Source: a virus
DNA: 64,000 nt
Strand: one strand, 5' to 3'
Virus record (IMG/VR): IMGVR_UViG_3300025030_000045
Both the position numbers and the translations under genes were made by a program. Positions 1 to 10,247 of this stretch are shown here, piece by piece (positions within the stretch are counted from its first letter, which is position 1; each line of letters starts with the position of its first letter). Below the pieces are notes generated by a model. The model saw only the letters and a list, made by a program, of their open reading frames with translations, did no database searches and had not been told where the DNA came from.

Positions 1-1518
1 TTCAAACTTGTTGTCTCTACCACCTCGACGACCGTTACTGCAGGAGGTTTAAACGTCGTCAAGGGGATTCGTCTAGATGGCTTCGGTGCAGGGGGCATCA
101 CTGTCCTTGGGGCAACCAACATTGACAATGTTCGTGCTGTCTATCGCTTGAAGGATGCAGCGCCAATTACTAACCAGCAATCAGACGCCGTAACCTATTA
201 CAAGTTTGTCAACTGGCAGACTGAGTGGATAATCGTCCCTGATGGTAACGCATCTAACCTCAAGCTCTATATGTATAACATTCGAGCCCCTCTGACGCAT
301 GTTGCAGGTGATGGGGCATTGCTGACAGCAGTAACTGAGTGTGTGACAACGGGTATCCAGGTCGTTACTGGTACACTCATGACTTATAATAATGGGCGTA
401 TCGTCACGGCCAATCACGGACCCGGGTTAGGAGTAGAGAGTTTGTATCTTGCTACAACTACCCGTATTATTCGTATTCCAGTTGCAGCCATCCTTCAGGG
501 GTCAACGGCATTTATTGAGGATCAGATGATCGAAGTTCCTCTTGGAGGCGCTTCCGGATTACCAGCCACAGGAGCTTTAAACTCCCCGGAATATAGTGCC
601 TCTCTGGATCGGTTCATCTTCAGTGGATTTACTGCCCCGGGTGGTCGTATCTATGTAACGCCTTATCGTTCAGATGGTGGCCAGTTTGAGAATCACTTTG
701 GTATGATTAGTAGTTCTTATGACCAATCTATCGCGAATAATCCACTCTTTCCAAAACTCTTTGCCGCCGCCCAGCTCTGGAGCGAGGATGGGATTCTCTA
801 CTGGACAATCTTCGGTGGTGTCGTTTCTACTACCGGTGTTATCTATATTTTCCCCGGCTTCGGTGCCCACTGGGATTATGCTGCAACCACTGGTGAACGA
901 GCAATTCTTCCGGCTATGAATCTCGGGAGCTCCCCCACTCGTTTCAATCGAGTCCTCGGTGTAGCTAACACACATATTGAGACACTCCCAGGATTAGTTA
1001 AAGTGGTAGAGCCATATCGTATTCTCTATCGGACCGCTGGTATCGCCGACAATAGTGGTGCTTGGACTATTGCCCCACAAGATGGTGACCTTTCTGGGTT
1101 GGCTCCTGCTCCTCAAATCCAGTTTGCTATTGAATGGCTAACTATGGGTGATGTCTGTGTCGTGGCCCAGGTTAAATCAATCTGTCTGATTTACGAAACA
1201 GAGGACGCTCTTCCTGACACCTTCCAATGGAACTTCGGAGATTCCAATGTTGTTGATGGAACATTCGGATTCACCCAGACCGATGCTCTTACCTCCTGGC
1301 CGGCGGTCTTTACTATCAAGATGTACCGCGCAGATACAGATTCACTTATCCTTGAGCAGTCAAGCGATGGTACTCTTCTCGGAGTATTTGAATACTGGGA
1401 CGGCAACGCATGGGTGGTAGGACTTGGTACAAACACAGCAAATATTCGTCGTCGTTTTGTTCCATCTAGTTCTCTTCCGGGTGGTGTTGACCTTTACGCT
1501 ACTCTTCAGGTGACATAA
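1..1518 (+). CDS. 5'-truncated virion/tail-fibre-like protein
   Basis: Frame 1 is open from base 1 into the 148..1518 ORF. Gly/Thr/aromatic beta-rich sequence with a YWDGNAW motif. Visibly more GC-rich than the downstream core genes. Confidence 0.5.
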   Translation, partial: FKLVVSTTSTTVTAGGLNVVKGIRLDGFGAGGITVLGATNIDNVRAVYRLKDAAPITNQQSDAVTYYKFVNWQTEWIIVPDGNASNLKLYMYNIRAPLTHVAGDGALLTAVTECVTTGIQVVTGTLMTYNNGRIVTANHGPGLGVESLYLATTTRIIRIPVAAILQGSTAFIEDQMIEVPLGGASGLPATGALNSPEYSASLDRFIFSGFTAPGGRIYVTPYRSDGGQFENHFGMISSSYDQSIANNPLFPKLFAAAQLWSEDGILYWTIFGGVVSTTGVIYIFPGFGAHWDYAATTGERAILPAMNLGSSPTRFNRVLGVANTHIETLPGLVKVVEPYRILYRTAGIADNSGAWTIAPQDGDLSGLAPAPQIQFAIEWLTMGDVCVVAQVKSICLIYETEDALPDTFQWNFGDSNVVDGTFGFTQTDALTSWPAVFTIKMYRADTDSLILEQSSDGTLLGVFEYWDGNAWVVGLGTNTANIRRRFVPSSSLPGGVDLYATLQVT

Positions 1519-1865
1519 TGCTTCTTGTTGGAAGTCAATCTTTTATAATGACGAAGAGTCCTGGTATTTTCTCAGGACTCTTCGGTATCGTTTCTCAAAA
1601 TAGAATAAGACTGCCTGCTATAAATGTTGTCTCACTCCCATATACGTCGCTGATGTCATCAAGCAATGGTACTGTCAGACTTCAACTCAATCTACCGAGA
1701 GTAAGACGTCTTATGACCGCGTCTGGTGATTCAATATCAACACACGGTAGATTCCTTCAAATAAGAAGTCAAGATACTTGGAAGTCAACTATTCCACGCA
1801 TCTGGGATGGATCGCGATGGTCATCGGCCAAGGTTAAAATTTGGAATGGTTCTTCTTGGTCATAG
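1518..1865 (+). CDS. small tail-fibre-associated protein
   Basis: TAATG-coupled to the upstream ORF. C-terminal RIWDGSRW...KIWNGSSW repeats are typical of small fibre-module proteins. Confidence 0.45.
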   Translation: MLLVGSQSFIMTKSPGIFSGLFGIVSQNRIRLPAINVVSLPYTSLMSSSNGTVRLQLNLPRVRRLMTASGDSISTHGRFLQIRSQDTWKSTIPRIWDGSRWSSAKVKIWNGSSWS

Positions 1866-1871
1866 TAAACG

Positions 1872-1922
1872 TTTAGACAAATGGCATGAATACACAAAAA
1901 GTATTCATGCCATTTGTCTAAA
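1872..1922. terminator. 22-bp perfect inverted repeat (hairpin, probable terminator)
   Basis: tttagacaaatggcatgaatac-N7-gtattcatgccatttgtctaaa directly after the stop codon. Confidence 0.6.
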
Positions 1923-1932
1923 TATATTACAC

Positions 1933-1940
1933 TATAAATA
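1933..1940 (+). promoter_or_regulatory. T4-type late promoter TATAAATA
   Basis: Exact gp55 consensus, followed by AAGGAG and ATG at 1960. Confidence 0.75.
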
Positions 1941-1959
1941 ATTTTAAGGAGATATTCTT

Positions 1960-2079
1960 ATGAGTGGTGTTATAGTAATAGTCGGTGGCGGTATTGTTAA
2001 CTTCCCACCCGAAACTGAAATTTTTGAATATGCCGAAGAACCGCCATGCGCCGCGCTATTCGAACATTCAGAGGAGTAA
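1960..2079 (+). CDS. 39-aa acidic late peptide (absent from ORF track)
   Basis: AAGGAG RBS; reads MSGVIVIVGGGIVNFPPETEIFEYAEEPPCAALFEHSEE*. Its 3' end supplies the GAGGAG RBS of the next gene. Confidence 0.6.
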   Translation: MSGVIVIVGGGIVNFPPETEIFEYAEEPPCAALFEHSEE

Positions 2080-2083
2080 CGAG

Positions 2084-2638
2084 ATGTCAATTTTTAAATT
2101 TAGACCGAAGGTTCCAACTACTGGGCAGGAACTTGTTCATAAAATTCGTTTAAAGCAAAGACTTACGAATGAAGAGCCGTGGATTCAAGTTGGTGAGGAC
2201 ATTTTATTGTCTTCACTGTTATATGATGACATTGAAGATAAGTATACAGTGAATGAACCGCTTGCTATCAATACAAAGTTCACGCGCATTACATTCTTAT
2301 CAGAAGATGGGGTTGAAGGTCAACCCGTCGACCTACCACCGAAAGACAACAATGTTTCTTTTATCACGTTGTATGTTTTCACCGCGGATATTGGTCTTGG
2401 TGTTATGCCGAGAGTTGACTTTAATGTCTCTACATTGTTTCCGAACACCGCTTCCGCCGGTTCTAAACTGATCATCGATGCAAAAACCGTAAAGACGGAC
2501 GCTAACGGGTATGCATCTATTCAAATACCAGCCGACATCAATAGTGTTCGTATTACCGTTGGTAAAAGCATTAACATTCAAAAATTTGATACCAACGGTA
2601 AAGGTGGTCAGATGGTGAACATTAAAGATCTGTTATAA
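2084..2638 (+). CDS. hypothetical virion protein, beta-sandwich-like
   Basis: Start moved to ATG 2084 (GAGGAG). Contains a KTDANGYASI Ig/carboxypeptidase-regulatory-like motif. Confidence 0.5.
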   Translation: MSIFKFRPKVPTTGQELVHKIRLKQRLTNEEPWIQVGEDILLSSLLYDDIEDKYTVNEPLAINTKFTRITFLSEDGVEGQPVDLPPKDNNVSFITLYVFTADIGLGVMPRVDFNVSTLFPNTASAGSKLIIDAKTVKTDANGYASIQIPADINSVRITVGKSINIQKFDTNGKGGQMVNIKDLL

Positions 2639-3108
2639 TGGGTACTTATAAAATCCAGGATTTTAGAAAATATCTAAAAAATCCACAGAAGTACAAAACA
2701 AATAATGCTAATGCACCTCTTACACTACGCAGCGGTTGGGAGATTCAATTTGCCCAATGGCTTGATAGGAAAGAGGATGTTATAGCATGGAATTGTGAAG
2801 AGGTAATCATCCCTTATATCTATGACGTAGATGGAAAACAACATCGTTATTTCATGGATTTTTGGATGCGGGTTCGTGGGGTCGATGGTGTCTTAACAGA
2901 ATACTTGATCGAGATAAAACCGAATAAGGAAAAGTTTGAACCAAAGATGCCACAAAGAAAAACTGCAAGATATTATAAAGCAGTCGCGACATACATCAAG
3001 AATCAAAACAAATGGGCAGCAACCGAAAAACTCTGCCAACAGGCAAGGGATCAGGGTAAAAGACTTTTCTTTGAAGTTATTACTGAAAAAGAATTTCCAT
3101 TTATATGA
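2638..3108 (+). CDS. gp4: head completion protein (TnsA-like nuclease fold)
   Basis: RSGWE..F..WLD, W.CEE..IPY, HRYFMDF, LIEIKP, N..KW.AA, ITEK motifs. Confidence 0.88.
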   Translation: MGTYKIQDFRKYLKNPQKYKTNNANAPLTLRSGWEIQFAQWLDRKEDVIAWNCEEVIIPYIYDVDGKQHRYFMDFWMRVRGVDGVLTEYLIEIKPNKEKFEPKMPQRKTARYYKAVATYIKNQNKWAATEKLCQQARDQGKRLFFEVITEKEFPFI

Positions 3109-3172
3109 TAGTGAATAAATATTAATAGAGCTATTAAATAAATGCATCTAAATATTAACAAAGAGGTTAATA

Positions 3173-3604
3173 ATGGCGCCCAAACTTGAATATAAGCACA
3201 TGTACTACTTTCGCTATAATAATCCAGTGACGATCAAGACTATTCATATTTTTGACAAAGCACCCGTTATCATACCGCTTGATATTAAATCAAGAACAAT
3301 GCTGGCAATTAATATCCACTGGTTACACCCAGCAGTTCGTCAAGAATTCATTGACCTCATAATGGATTTATTTGATAGAAAATATATGACAAGCAAGGGA
3401 TTAAAGTTTTCGGTTGCTCGTGTATTCTATATGCAAATCAAAAAGGTAAAACGATTACAGTGGGCAATGAAGGCTATCAGAAGATATAGGATTGATCGCA
3501 TTACAAATTTGACTGAAATTCCACAAGAGCAATGGGATGACATACTTCAGACTAAGAGATATCGTGCTCGTTTTGCAAGACGTTCTCGTGGATTCAAAAT
3601 TTAA
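3173..3604 (+). CDS. gp2: DNA end protector protein
   Basis: MYYFRY..P...FDKAP.IIPL...AINIHWLHP..R and AIRRY resemble gp2 motifs; adjacent to gp4. Confidence 0.7.
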   Translation: MAPKLEYKHMYYFRYNNPVTIKTIHIFDKAPVIIPLDIKSRTMLAINIHWLHPAVRQEFIDLIMDLFDRKYMTSKGLKFSVARVFYMQIKKVKRLQWAMKAIRRYRIDRITNLTEIPQEQWDDILQTKRYRARFARRSRGFKI

Positions 3605-3624
3605 AGAAGATTGGATAAACACAT

Positions 3625-5187
3625 ATGTTTAGTTCTTTGATGGAAATTTTAAAACGACCTATCTATAGCGACAAAGAAGCAGCGATTGAGACAGGTGGGA
3701 CGCCGTCTACAACATCTGATCGCGGTGATGTTGAACATGATCATATTTCCTATGATCCGTTTGGCAATTATAGTGCTTCTGGTATTCTCGGTGAAACGGA
3801 ACATAAGGTTAGTATGAGAAATCAACTAATCAGAAAGTGGCGCGGAATCTCCCAGTACCCAGAGGTCGACGAAGCTTTACAGGAGATATGCGGCGAGGCT
3901 ATTGTTTATTCTGAATTAGAGAAAGTCATTGATCTTGATCTAAGTGATCTTGAGGTCGGTGACAAGATCAAAGATAAAATCATAGAATCATTTGAAAAAA
4001 TTCTATATATGCTAGACTTCAATGTCAACGGCGAAGATCTATTCCGTCAGTGGTATGTTGATGGTTCTTTGAATTTTGAAGTTGTTTATGACAATGCAAA
4101 AATTCAGGAAGGTATCAAAAAACTAATCCATCTTGCTCCGTTTAACCTCTTCAAATATAAAGACGCCACGACGGGTCAGATGAAATGGTTCATTGCCAAA
4201 AAACCAACTTATAATATTCGTGATGATTATAACAAATCAGAAAAAATCTTTTTAGATGAACAGATTGCCAGCATCAATAGTGGTGTTTATGGAGAGGATA
4301 AAAACATTCCTCTAAGTCACCTTAACAAAGCAGTTAAGTCAATCAATCAGCTTTATTTGATTGAGGATTCCATCGTCATCTTTAGGATCACAAGATCACC
4401 AGAAAAACGAGTCTTCTACATTGATACCGGCAATCTTCCGAAAACAAAGGCGGAAGAATACATCAAAAATCTTATCGCCAAATATCGTCAGAAGAAAATC
4501 TATAACATTGAAACCGGCACGATTGAGAACAAACATAAATCAATGTCTATTCTTGAGGATTTCTGGCTTCCAAGAACTGCTTCGGGTAAAGGAACACAGA
4601 TTGATACCCTCCAGGGCACAGGTGGGGGAATGCAAGATCTATCCGACATTGACTATTTTGTTGGTAAGGTGTATCGTGCTCTCAACGTCCCAAAGTCTCG
4701 TGTTAGCGGTGAAACAAAGGTTGTCATCGGCAACACTCTTGATATCGAAAGAGATGAATTAAAATTCTTCAAGTTCGTTCTTAAACTAAGACGGAAATTT
4801 AATAACCTATTCGTCGATCTCCTCAAGAAGGACCTTATCGCAAGAAAGGTTATGACATTTGAAGATTGGTCGTTGATTCAAGAAAAGATTAAATTTAACT
4901 ATGCAAATAACAATGAATATGCAGAGATTAAAAGACTACAGATTCTTGAGATGAGGGTTGCAACTGCTGAACGTGTTATTGCATTAGAGGAAGCCGGTTA
5001 TTACTCCAAGGAATATGTCAAGAGAAATATCCTTGCACAAACTGACGAGGAAATTAGGGATATCAAGAAACAGAGAAAGAAAGAAGAGAAAGAAGGAGGA
5101 TCAGATAAGGGCGATAAAGAGGACGGCGATTACGGCGACGAAGGTGATGAGAAGAAACCAAAGAAAGCTTTAGTCAGTTTTGTCTAA
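3625..5187 (+). CDS. gp20: portal protein
   Basis: FRQWYVDG, IEDSIVIFRITRSPEKRVFYIDTGNLPKTKAEEY, EDFWLPR, ALNVPKSR, RDELKF. Confidence 0.97.
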   Translation: MFSSLMEILKRPIYSDKEAAIETGGTPSTTSDRGDVEHDHISYDPFGNYSASGILGETEHKVSMRNQLIRKWRGISQYPEVDEALQEICGEAIVYSELEKVIDLDLSDLEVGDKIKDKIIESFEKILYMLDFNVNGEDLFRQWYVDGSLNFEVVYDNAKIQEGIKKLIHLAPFNLFKYKDATTGQMKWFIAKKPTYNIRDDYNKSEKIFLDEQIASINSGVYGEDKNIPLSHLNKAVKSINQLYLIEDSIVIFRITRSPEKRVFYIDTGNLPKTKAEEYIKNLIAKYRQKKIYNIETGTIENKHKSMSILEDFWLPRTASGKGTQIDTLQGTGGGMQDLSDIDYFVGKVYRALNVPKSRVSGETKVVIGNTLDIERDELKFFKFVLKLRRKFNNLFVDLLKKDLIARKVMTFEDWSLIQEKIKFNYANNNEYAEIKRLQILEMRVATAERVIALEEAGYYSKEYVKRNILAQTDEEIRDIKKQRKKEEKEGGSDKGDKEDGDYGDEGDEKKPKKALVSFV

Positions 5188-5224
5188 TGAACTGATAAAT
5201 AAAATAAACATCGAAGGAGATTTA

Positions 5225-5443
5225 ATGATGGAAAATGAAAATGCTGAAGTACCAAATACAGATGACACCGGTGTTCCTGAAAAAGAAACTCTTGGAAAAG
5301 CAATTGTTGCTGCTGCTGATAAAGACTATGCAACATTCAAGGGTTCTATTGCGGATGTAATTCGTGATCGTGTGTCTGATGCAGTGAAAGATGCCGCCGA
5401 TGAGATTCGTCAGAATCTCTTCAAAAAACCAGAGGAGGAGTAA
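5225..5443 (+). CDS. small acidic prohead core protein (gp67-like position)
   Basis: Between portal and protease; GATAAATA at 5194-5201 and AAGGAG RBS. Confidence 0.55.
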   Translation: MMENENAEVPNTDDTGVPEKETLGKAIVAAADKDYATFKGSIADVIRDRVSDAVKDAADEIRQNLFKKPEEE

Positions 5444-5446
5444 ATC

Positions 5447-6133
5447 ATGACCAAGGTCGAGCTTCTTAAAGAATGCGTTGACTTTCAATCAGTAGAGAAT
5501 CTGATTGAGGGTGGAGAAGCTCTCGAGGAAGGAAAGGTTACACCAAAGAAATACTACATCCAAGGTCCTTATGTAGAAGCGGATGTAAAAAATGGGAACG
5601 GTAGAACGTATCCCTTGAAAGTTCTTGAGAGCCAAGTACAATCTTATGTAAATTCAAGAGTGGCCCAAAATCGGGCAATGGGTGAATTAGGTCATCCATC
5701 TACAACTGACATCAATCTCGATCGCGTATCTCACCTCATTAAAGAAATGCGAATGGACAAAAATATTGGGTTCGGTAAATCCGTACTGATGAATACTCCG
5801 ATGGGAATGATCGCAAAAAGTCTGATTGATGAAGGTGTTAAATTAGGAGTATCTTCACGCGGTGTTGGTACAATGAAGAACAATGTTGTTCAAGGTGACT
5901 ATCGCTTAATCACCGTTGACATCGTTGCTGATCCTTCAGCTCCTTCTGCATTCGTTGAAGGTATTCTCGAGTCTCACCAAGGGAAAGAGTGGGTTCTTGA
6001 AAACGGAATTCTTGTTGAGAGAGAAATCGAACAACTTGAAAACAATCTAAACCAATATGCAAGAGAAGACATCAGAACGGCTACTGTTAAGGTTTTCCGT
6101 GATCTTCTTACCATGATTGGCACAAAACATTAA
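5447..6133 (+). CDS. gp21: prohead protease
   Basis: NGNGRTYP, GELGHP, LDRVSH, LGVSSRGVG, DIVADPSAPSAFV. Confidence 0.97.
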   Translation: MTKVELLKECVDFQSVENLIEGGEALEEGKVTPKKYYIQGPYVEADVKNGNGRTYPLKVLESQVQSYVNSRVAQNRAMGELGHPSTTDINLDRVSHLIKEMRMDKNIGFGKSVLMNTPMGMIAKSLIDEGVKLGVSSRGVGTMKNNVVQGDYRLITVDIVADPSAPSAFVEGILESHQGKEWVLENGILVEREIEQLENNLNQYAREDIRTATVKVFRDLLTMIGTKH

Positions 6134-6148
6134 AAAATAAGAGTTCTA

Positions 6149-6156
6149 GATAAATA
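6149..6156 (+). promoter_or_regulatory. late promoter variant GATAAATA
   Basis: Intergenic, upstream of the scaffold gene. Confidence 0.5.
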
Positions 6157-6218
6157 TAATTTTAAAGATGTTTGTTATAGAACTCTTAAATCACACACAG
6201 GAAAAAGGAGAGCACACA

Positions 6219-6890
6219 ATGCTTGAAAAATTATTCGAGAAAATTTCTGCTGAACTATTGACCGATGATGTCAAACTCGAACTCTCCACGATTTTTGAAA
6301 GTGCAATTAATTCTGCCATTGCCGATAAAGAGCAAAAGCTCGAAGAAGCAAACAAAACAGAGATTGCGGAATTCAAAGCCGAACTCGTGGAAAAAGTTGA
6401 TGAGTATCTGACCTATTTTGTCGATGAGTACATGAAAGAAAACAAAGTCGGTATTGCTGAGTCTGTTAAGGTTGAAACTGCTGAGCGCGTTCTTGGTATT
6501 TTCAGTGGCGTAGTCAATGACTTCCACGTTAGCCTTGATGAGAAGGTTGTCGAGGAATCTTCAAAAATTGGTTCGCTTGAAACTACACTCAACACTCGTA
6601 CAGAAGAACTCAGTGAATCTCGTAAAGAAGTTCTGCGTCTCAAATCAGAACGCCTCATTGACGAGAAACTTGCTGGTATTGAAACAGACATGGGTAAAGA
6701 GAAATTCAAGGCACTTGCTGGTACCGTGAAACTTGAAGAAGGCAAAGAAGTTGAATTTGCCGAGAAGTTGAACATTCTTCTTGCCAACGCCATCGTCACT
6801 GTTCCTGCTGTTAAGATCGAAGAGTCAAATGAGGAAGTTCCAGAAACAATCATCCCAGACAGAATGAAGAGTTATATCGACAAACTCTAA
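6219..6890 (+). CDS. gp22: prohead core scaffold protein
   Basis: Acidic coiled coil, IFESAI, VEKVDEYL.Y.V.EY; lies between gp21 and gp23; AAGGAG before ATG 6219. Confidence 0.9.
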   Translation: MLEKLFEKISAELLTDDVKLELSTIFESAINSAIADKEQKLEEANKTEIAEFKAELVEKVDEYLTYFVDEYMKENKVGIAESVKVETAERVLGIFSGVVNDFHVSLDEKVVEESSKIGSLETTLNTRTEELSESRKEVLRLKSERLIDEKLAGIETDMGKEKFKALAGTVKLEEGKEVEFAEKLNILLANAIVTVPAVKIEESNEEVPETIIPDRMKSYIDKL

Positions 6891-6915
6891 AATCTGAAAC
6901 ATTTACACCAGGTTT

Positions 6916-6923
6916 TATAAATA
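6916..6923 (+). promoter_or_regulatory. late promoter TATAAATA
   Basis: Exact consensus upstream of the major capsid gene. Confidence 0.85.
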
Positions 6924-6975
6924 TTTTTAAGAACAACACAAAAACAACATTTCAGTTTAAAGGAGAAACACTGAT

Positions 6976-8442
6976 ATGAATCCACTATTAGAAAAATGGG
7001 ATGGTCTTCTGAAAGCCGAAGGCAAAAAGGCTCCTATTGTTAAAGATATGGAAGCAATGGCCCAAATTCTTGAGAACCAGGAAGGTTACATTACCGAGAC
7101 ATCTGGTAACGTCGCTGGTGATATGGCACCTTTCTACCCTGTTCTCGTTCCTGCCGTACGTCGTATTTTCCCTCAGCTTCTTGCTAACGAAATCGTTGGC
7201 GTTCAGCCGATGAGTGGTCCTACCGGTTACGCATACGCAATTCGTTATCTTTATGGTTCGGGTGCAAGCGTTACTGGTGCTGATCTTCTTCGCGGCGACA
7301 GTGCAAACGCTCTCGGCTTCAAATCGATGGCGGTTGTTGTTGTGCCGGGTGTTAACGGTACTCCTGGTACCTCTGCTGATAACTTTGGACCGATCGTTGC
7401 TGGTACCCCAGTAGCAATTACCAAATGGGACGGCGTCGATTCGTTTGATGCTTATGCAGGTACTGCTGTTTATGGCGAAAAGGGCAAGTTCCTTTACAAT
7501 CTCAACGGTGCTGCTGCTCTTGCCGTTGGTGATGAAGTCACGATCGGTGGCAAGTCGTACAAAGTTGCTTATACAATCGGTAACGAAGCTGGATTCAACG
7601 TCATCTTCGAGAACTATTCCGGTTCTGTAACAACTGCTGCTGGTGAAGTTCTTGGTTCTGATGGTACTACAAACGAAATGAAGAGCATGAAAATGCATCT
7701 CGAGCGTGTAAGTACCGAAGCTAAGACACGTAAACTAAAAGCCGAGTACACCATGGAACTCGCACAAGACCTTAAGAACGTCCACGGTCTTGATGCTGAA
7801 GGTGAACTCATCAACATCCTTGAGTATGAAATCACTGCTGAAATTGACCGTGAACTCGTTTCCCGTATCAACAACGTAGCAACAAGTGGTCTTGCTCCTT
7901 GGGTTTATGCAATGTCTGCATCTACAATTACCTCGGGTACCAACATTTCCGACGGTCGTTGGGAGCAGGAGAAATTCCGTACCCTGTACACCCGCATTGT
8001 TAAAGAAGCCAACAACGTCGCTCTTACGACTCGTCGTGGTGCTGCTAACTTCATCGTTGCATCCACCAACGTTGTTACCGCTCTTGAAATGCTTCCTTCC
8101 TTCATGTACTCCGCTGTTCCTGGTACCATTCAGGCAGGCGCAGGTATCGTGAAAGTTGGTACCCTCGATGGCCGTTTCACTGTCTACTGCGACACCTTCG
8201 CAATGTTTGACTACGTCACCGTCGGTTACAAAGGTGGTTCATCGTTCGATACCGGTATCATCTACTGCCCGTACATTCCGTTGATGATCCAGAAGGTCGT
8301 TGATCCTAACACCTTCCAGCCGAAAGTTGGTTTCATGCAACGTTCCGCTATCGTCGAGAATCTCTACGGTGCAAAGAATTATTACAGAACTTTCCTTGTC
8401 GACTTCACCGGATCAACTCTTGCTGGTAAGTCATTGTTCTAA
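6976..8442 (+). CDS. gp23: major capsid protein
   Basis: GVQPMSGPTG, AKTRKLKAEYTMELAQDLKNVHGLDAE, TRRGAANF, YCPYIPL, DPNTFQPKVGF. Confidence 0.98.
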   Translation: MNPLLEKWDGLLKAEGKKAPIVKDMEAMAQILENQEGYITETSGNVAGDMAPFYPVLVPAVRRIFPQLLANEIVGVQPMSGPTGYAYAIRYLYGSGASVTGADLLRGDSANALGFKSMAVVVVPGVNGTPGTSADNFGPIVAGTPVAITKWDGVDSFDAYAGTAVYGEKGKFLYNLNGAAALAVGDEVTIGGKSYKVAYTIGNEAGFNVIFENYSGSVTTAAGEVLGSDGTTNEMKSMKMHLERVSTEAKTRKLKAEYTMELAQDLKNVHGLDAEGELINILEYEITAEIDRELVSRINNVATSGLAPWVYAMSASTITSGTNISDGRWEQEKFRTLYTRIVKEANNVALTTRRGAANFIVASTNVVTALEMLPSFMYSAVPGTIQAGAGIVKVGTLDGRFTVYCDTFAMFDYVTVGYKGGSSFDTGIIYCPYIPLMIQKVVDPNTFQPKVGFMQRSAIVENLYGAKNYYRTFLVDFTGSTLAGKSLF

Positions 8443-8466
8443 TCGGTAGATAATAGTTGCATATAC

Positions 8467-8506
8467 AAAAGGGTTGTGATATAATTCACAACCCTTTTAT
8501 TTTATT
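8467..8506 (+). terminator. rho-independent terminator
   Basis: aaaagggttgtga/tcacaaccctttt stem with T-rich tail after gp23. Confidence 0.85.
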
Positions 8507-8534
8507 CATTTTCTTTGAAAATTTATTGGGTGCA

Positions 8535-8542
8535 TATAAATA
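8535..8542 (+). promoter_or_regulatory. late promoter TATAAATA for endonuclease
   Basis: Exact consensus about 28 nt upstream of ATG 8570. Confidence 0.75.
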
Positions 8543-8569
8543 AATTTAAAAAGATTGGGATTATTTAGA

Positions 8570-10120
8570 ATGGGTATAGAACTGATTTCCTTTATTAGGG
8601 AAAATATAAGAAAAGAGGGTGGAAGATTTAACATACACGTTGTTAGAAATACACCCGATTGGTTTAAGAAAAGAGGGGCGACTGATAAACTAAATGACAT
8701 TATGGAATCAACAACATTTCTCGACGATGACGCGAAATTTCCAGAAAGAATTCATTGTATATTAAATGGCATAACATCAAAACCAATATGTGTTAATCCC
8801 AAATGTAATAATTATGTAAATTATCATCAGGGGGAATATCATAACTATTGTTCTAATAAATGTCATTTATCATCAGACGAAAAGAAGGAAAAAACTAAAC
8901 AAACGGTAATCGAAAAATACGGTGTAACTAATGTAAGTAAATCTCTTGATGTAAGAAAAAAATTATCTGAAGCAAACCAAAGAAATAAAAATAAAACATC
9001 AAAGAAATCTATCGAAACTTCTTATTATAAATGGAAAGACCATGCAGAAGAAAGATATAATGAATTAGCCATTGAACCTGTTTTTAACGGACCAATGAAA
9101 AGAGAAGATCGAATTTTTAGATGTCTTGTTTGTAATAACGAATTTAAACAAGATGCCTTTATGCTCAGTAATGGCCTCGGAAAACATGGTCTACGCTGTC
9201 CGCACTGTCATCCAAAACGAGAATCGAAAATAGAATTAAAAATCTGCAATTGGTTGGATGAAATTGGGATAAAGTTTTTAAGAAATGACAGAAAAACTTT
9301 TGGGTTCGAAGTTGACATATTAATTCCTGATAAGAAATTGTGTATTGAGTTAGACGGTGTACTTTGGCATTCGTTCGGACATAGTAAATATCATTATATC
9401 AACAATGCCGATAGAGAAGATAATAATGTTCATTTAAGGAAAAAAATTGTGGCGGAGAACGCTGGATATTCTCTGCTACGATTCACTGACATTGAGATAC
9501 AAAATCAGAAGAAGTTTGAAATTATCAAATCTATCATTCTCGTCAAGTTATGTATGGCCGAGAAGATTTATGCAAGATGTTGTTCCACCAGGGAAATTGA
9601 TTCGGTAGAGTTAAGTCAATTTCTTGAAGAAAATCATCTGATTGGTAAATTGAATTCTTCGAAGAAATTTGGTCTTTTCTTTAATGATATATTAGTTCAG
9701 GTCATCGGATTTGGAAAACCCAGATTTGCTAAAGATCATGATTGGGAACTATATCGTCTTTGTACTGCAAAGAATACATTGGTTGTTGGAGGATTTTCAA
9801 AGCTTCTTAAATATGCAACCAATAATGGGGTTCGAGGAAAAATAAACAGCTTCGTGGATCGGAGATTTTCGGAGGGTTGTGGATATGAAAGTGTTGGGTT
9901 TGAAAGAATTCGTTCTACCCCGCCTAATTATTTTTATTGGCACCAGAAAGACGGTTCTGTTGTAAAGAGATACGAAGCACAGAAACATAAGCTCCAAAAA
10001 TTATTAGGAAACGAATTTGACCCTAATAAAACAGAAACTGATAATATGTATGATGTTGGTTTTAGAAAATTTTATGATTGCGGGAATTGGGTTTACTCTT
10101 TAGAACTCAATTGGGATTAA
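8570..10120 (+). mobile_element. free-standing Hef-like homing endonuclease (Zn-finger/DUF7487-like N-terminus, Vsr-like nuclease, GNAT-like C-terminus)
   Basis: AT-rich ORF with YCSNKC, EKYGV.NVS, CPHC, S..E, EVDI..P.KKLCIELDG..WHS, ARCC, NHLIG, WELYR..T, VVGGFSKLL, DCGN. Confidence 0.78.
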
Positions 10121-10123
10121 ATC

Positions 10124-10160
10124 AAAGGCCTACCGATTCATTTCGGTGGGCCTTTTTCTT
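10124..10160 (+). terminator. rho-independent terminator
   Basis: aggcctaccga/tcggtgggcct stem followed by tttttctt. Confidence 0.85.
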
Positions 10161-10195
10161 TCTCTAAAAAATAATCATCTATATGAAAAAAGTTA

Positions 10196-10224
10196 TTGAC
10201 AACGATTTCTTTATTTGTTATTGT
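10196..10224 (+). promoter_or_regulatory. early sigma70-type promoter
   Basis: TTGACA-17-TATTGT with TG extension and an A-rich UP region. Confidence 0.75.
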
Positions 10225-10247
10225 TTACTCAACGAATGGAGGTAAAC

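Noticed and set aside
1872-1922. Hairpin after a fibre gene as a DGR homing cruciform
   Set aside because: No VR/TR pair or reverse transcriptase in the window.
1985-2083. ORF-track N-terminal extensions (also 10215, 33714, 43230, 50881)
   Set aside because: Better RBS/ATG starts lie downstream, and some extensions overlap separate small genes.
2638-3108. Fourth TnsA-like homing endonuclease or transposase
   Set aside because: Motifs, size and adjacency to gp2 fit the conserved gp4 head completion protein; no DNA-binding repeats.
6988-7698. Long antisense ORFs (also 6413..6853, 46178..46834, 17042..17485)
   Set aside because: Shadows of codon-biased genes on the opposite strand, with no RBS or motifs.
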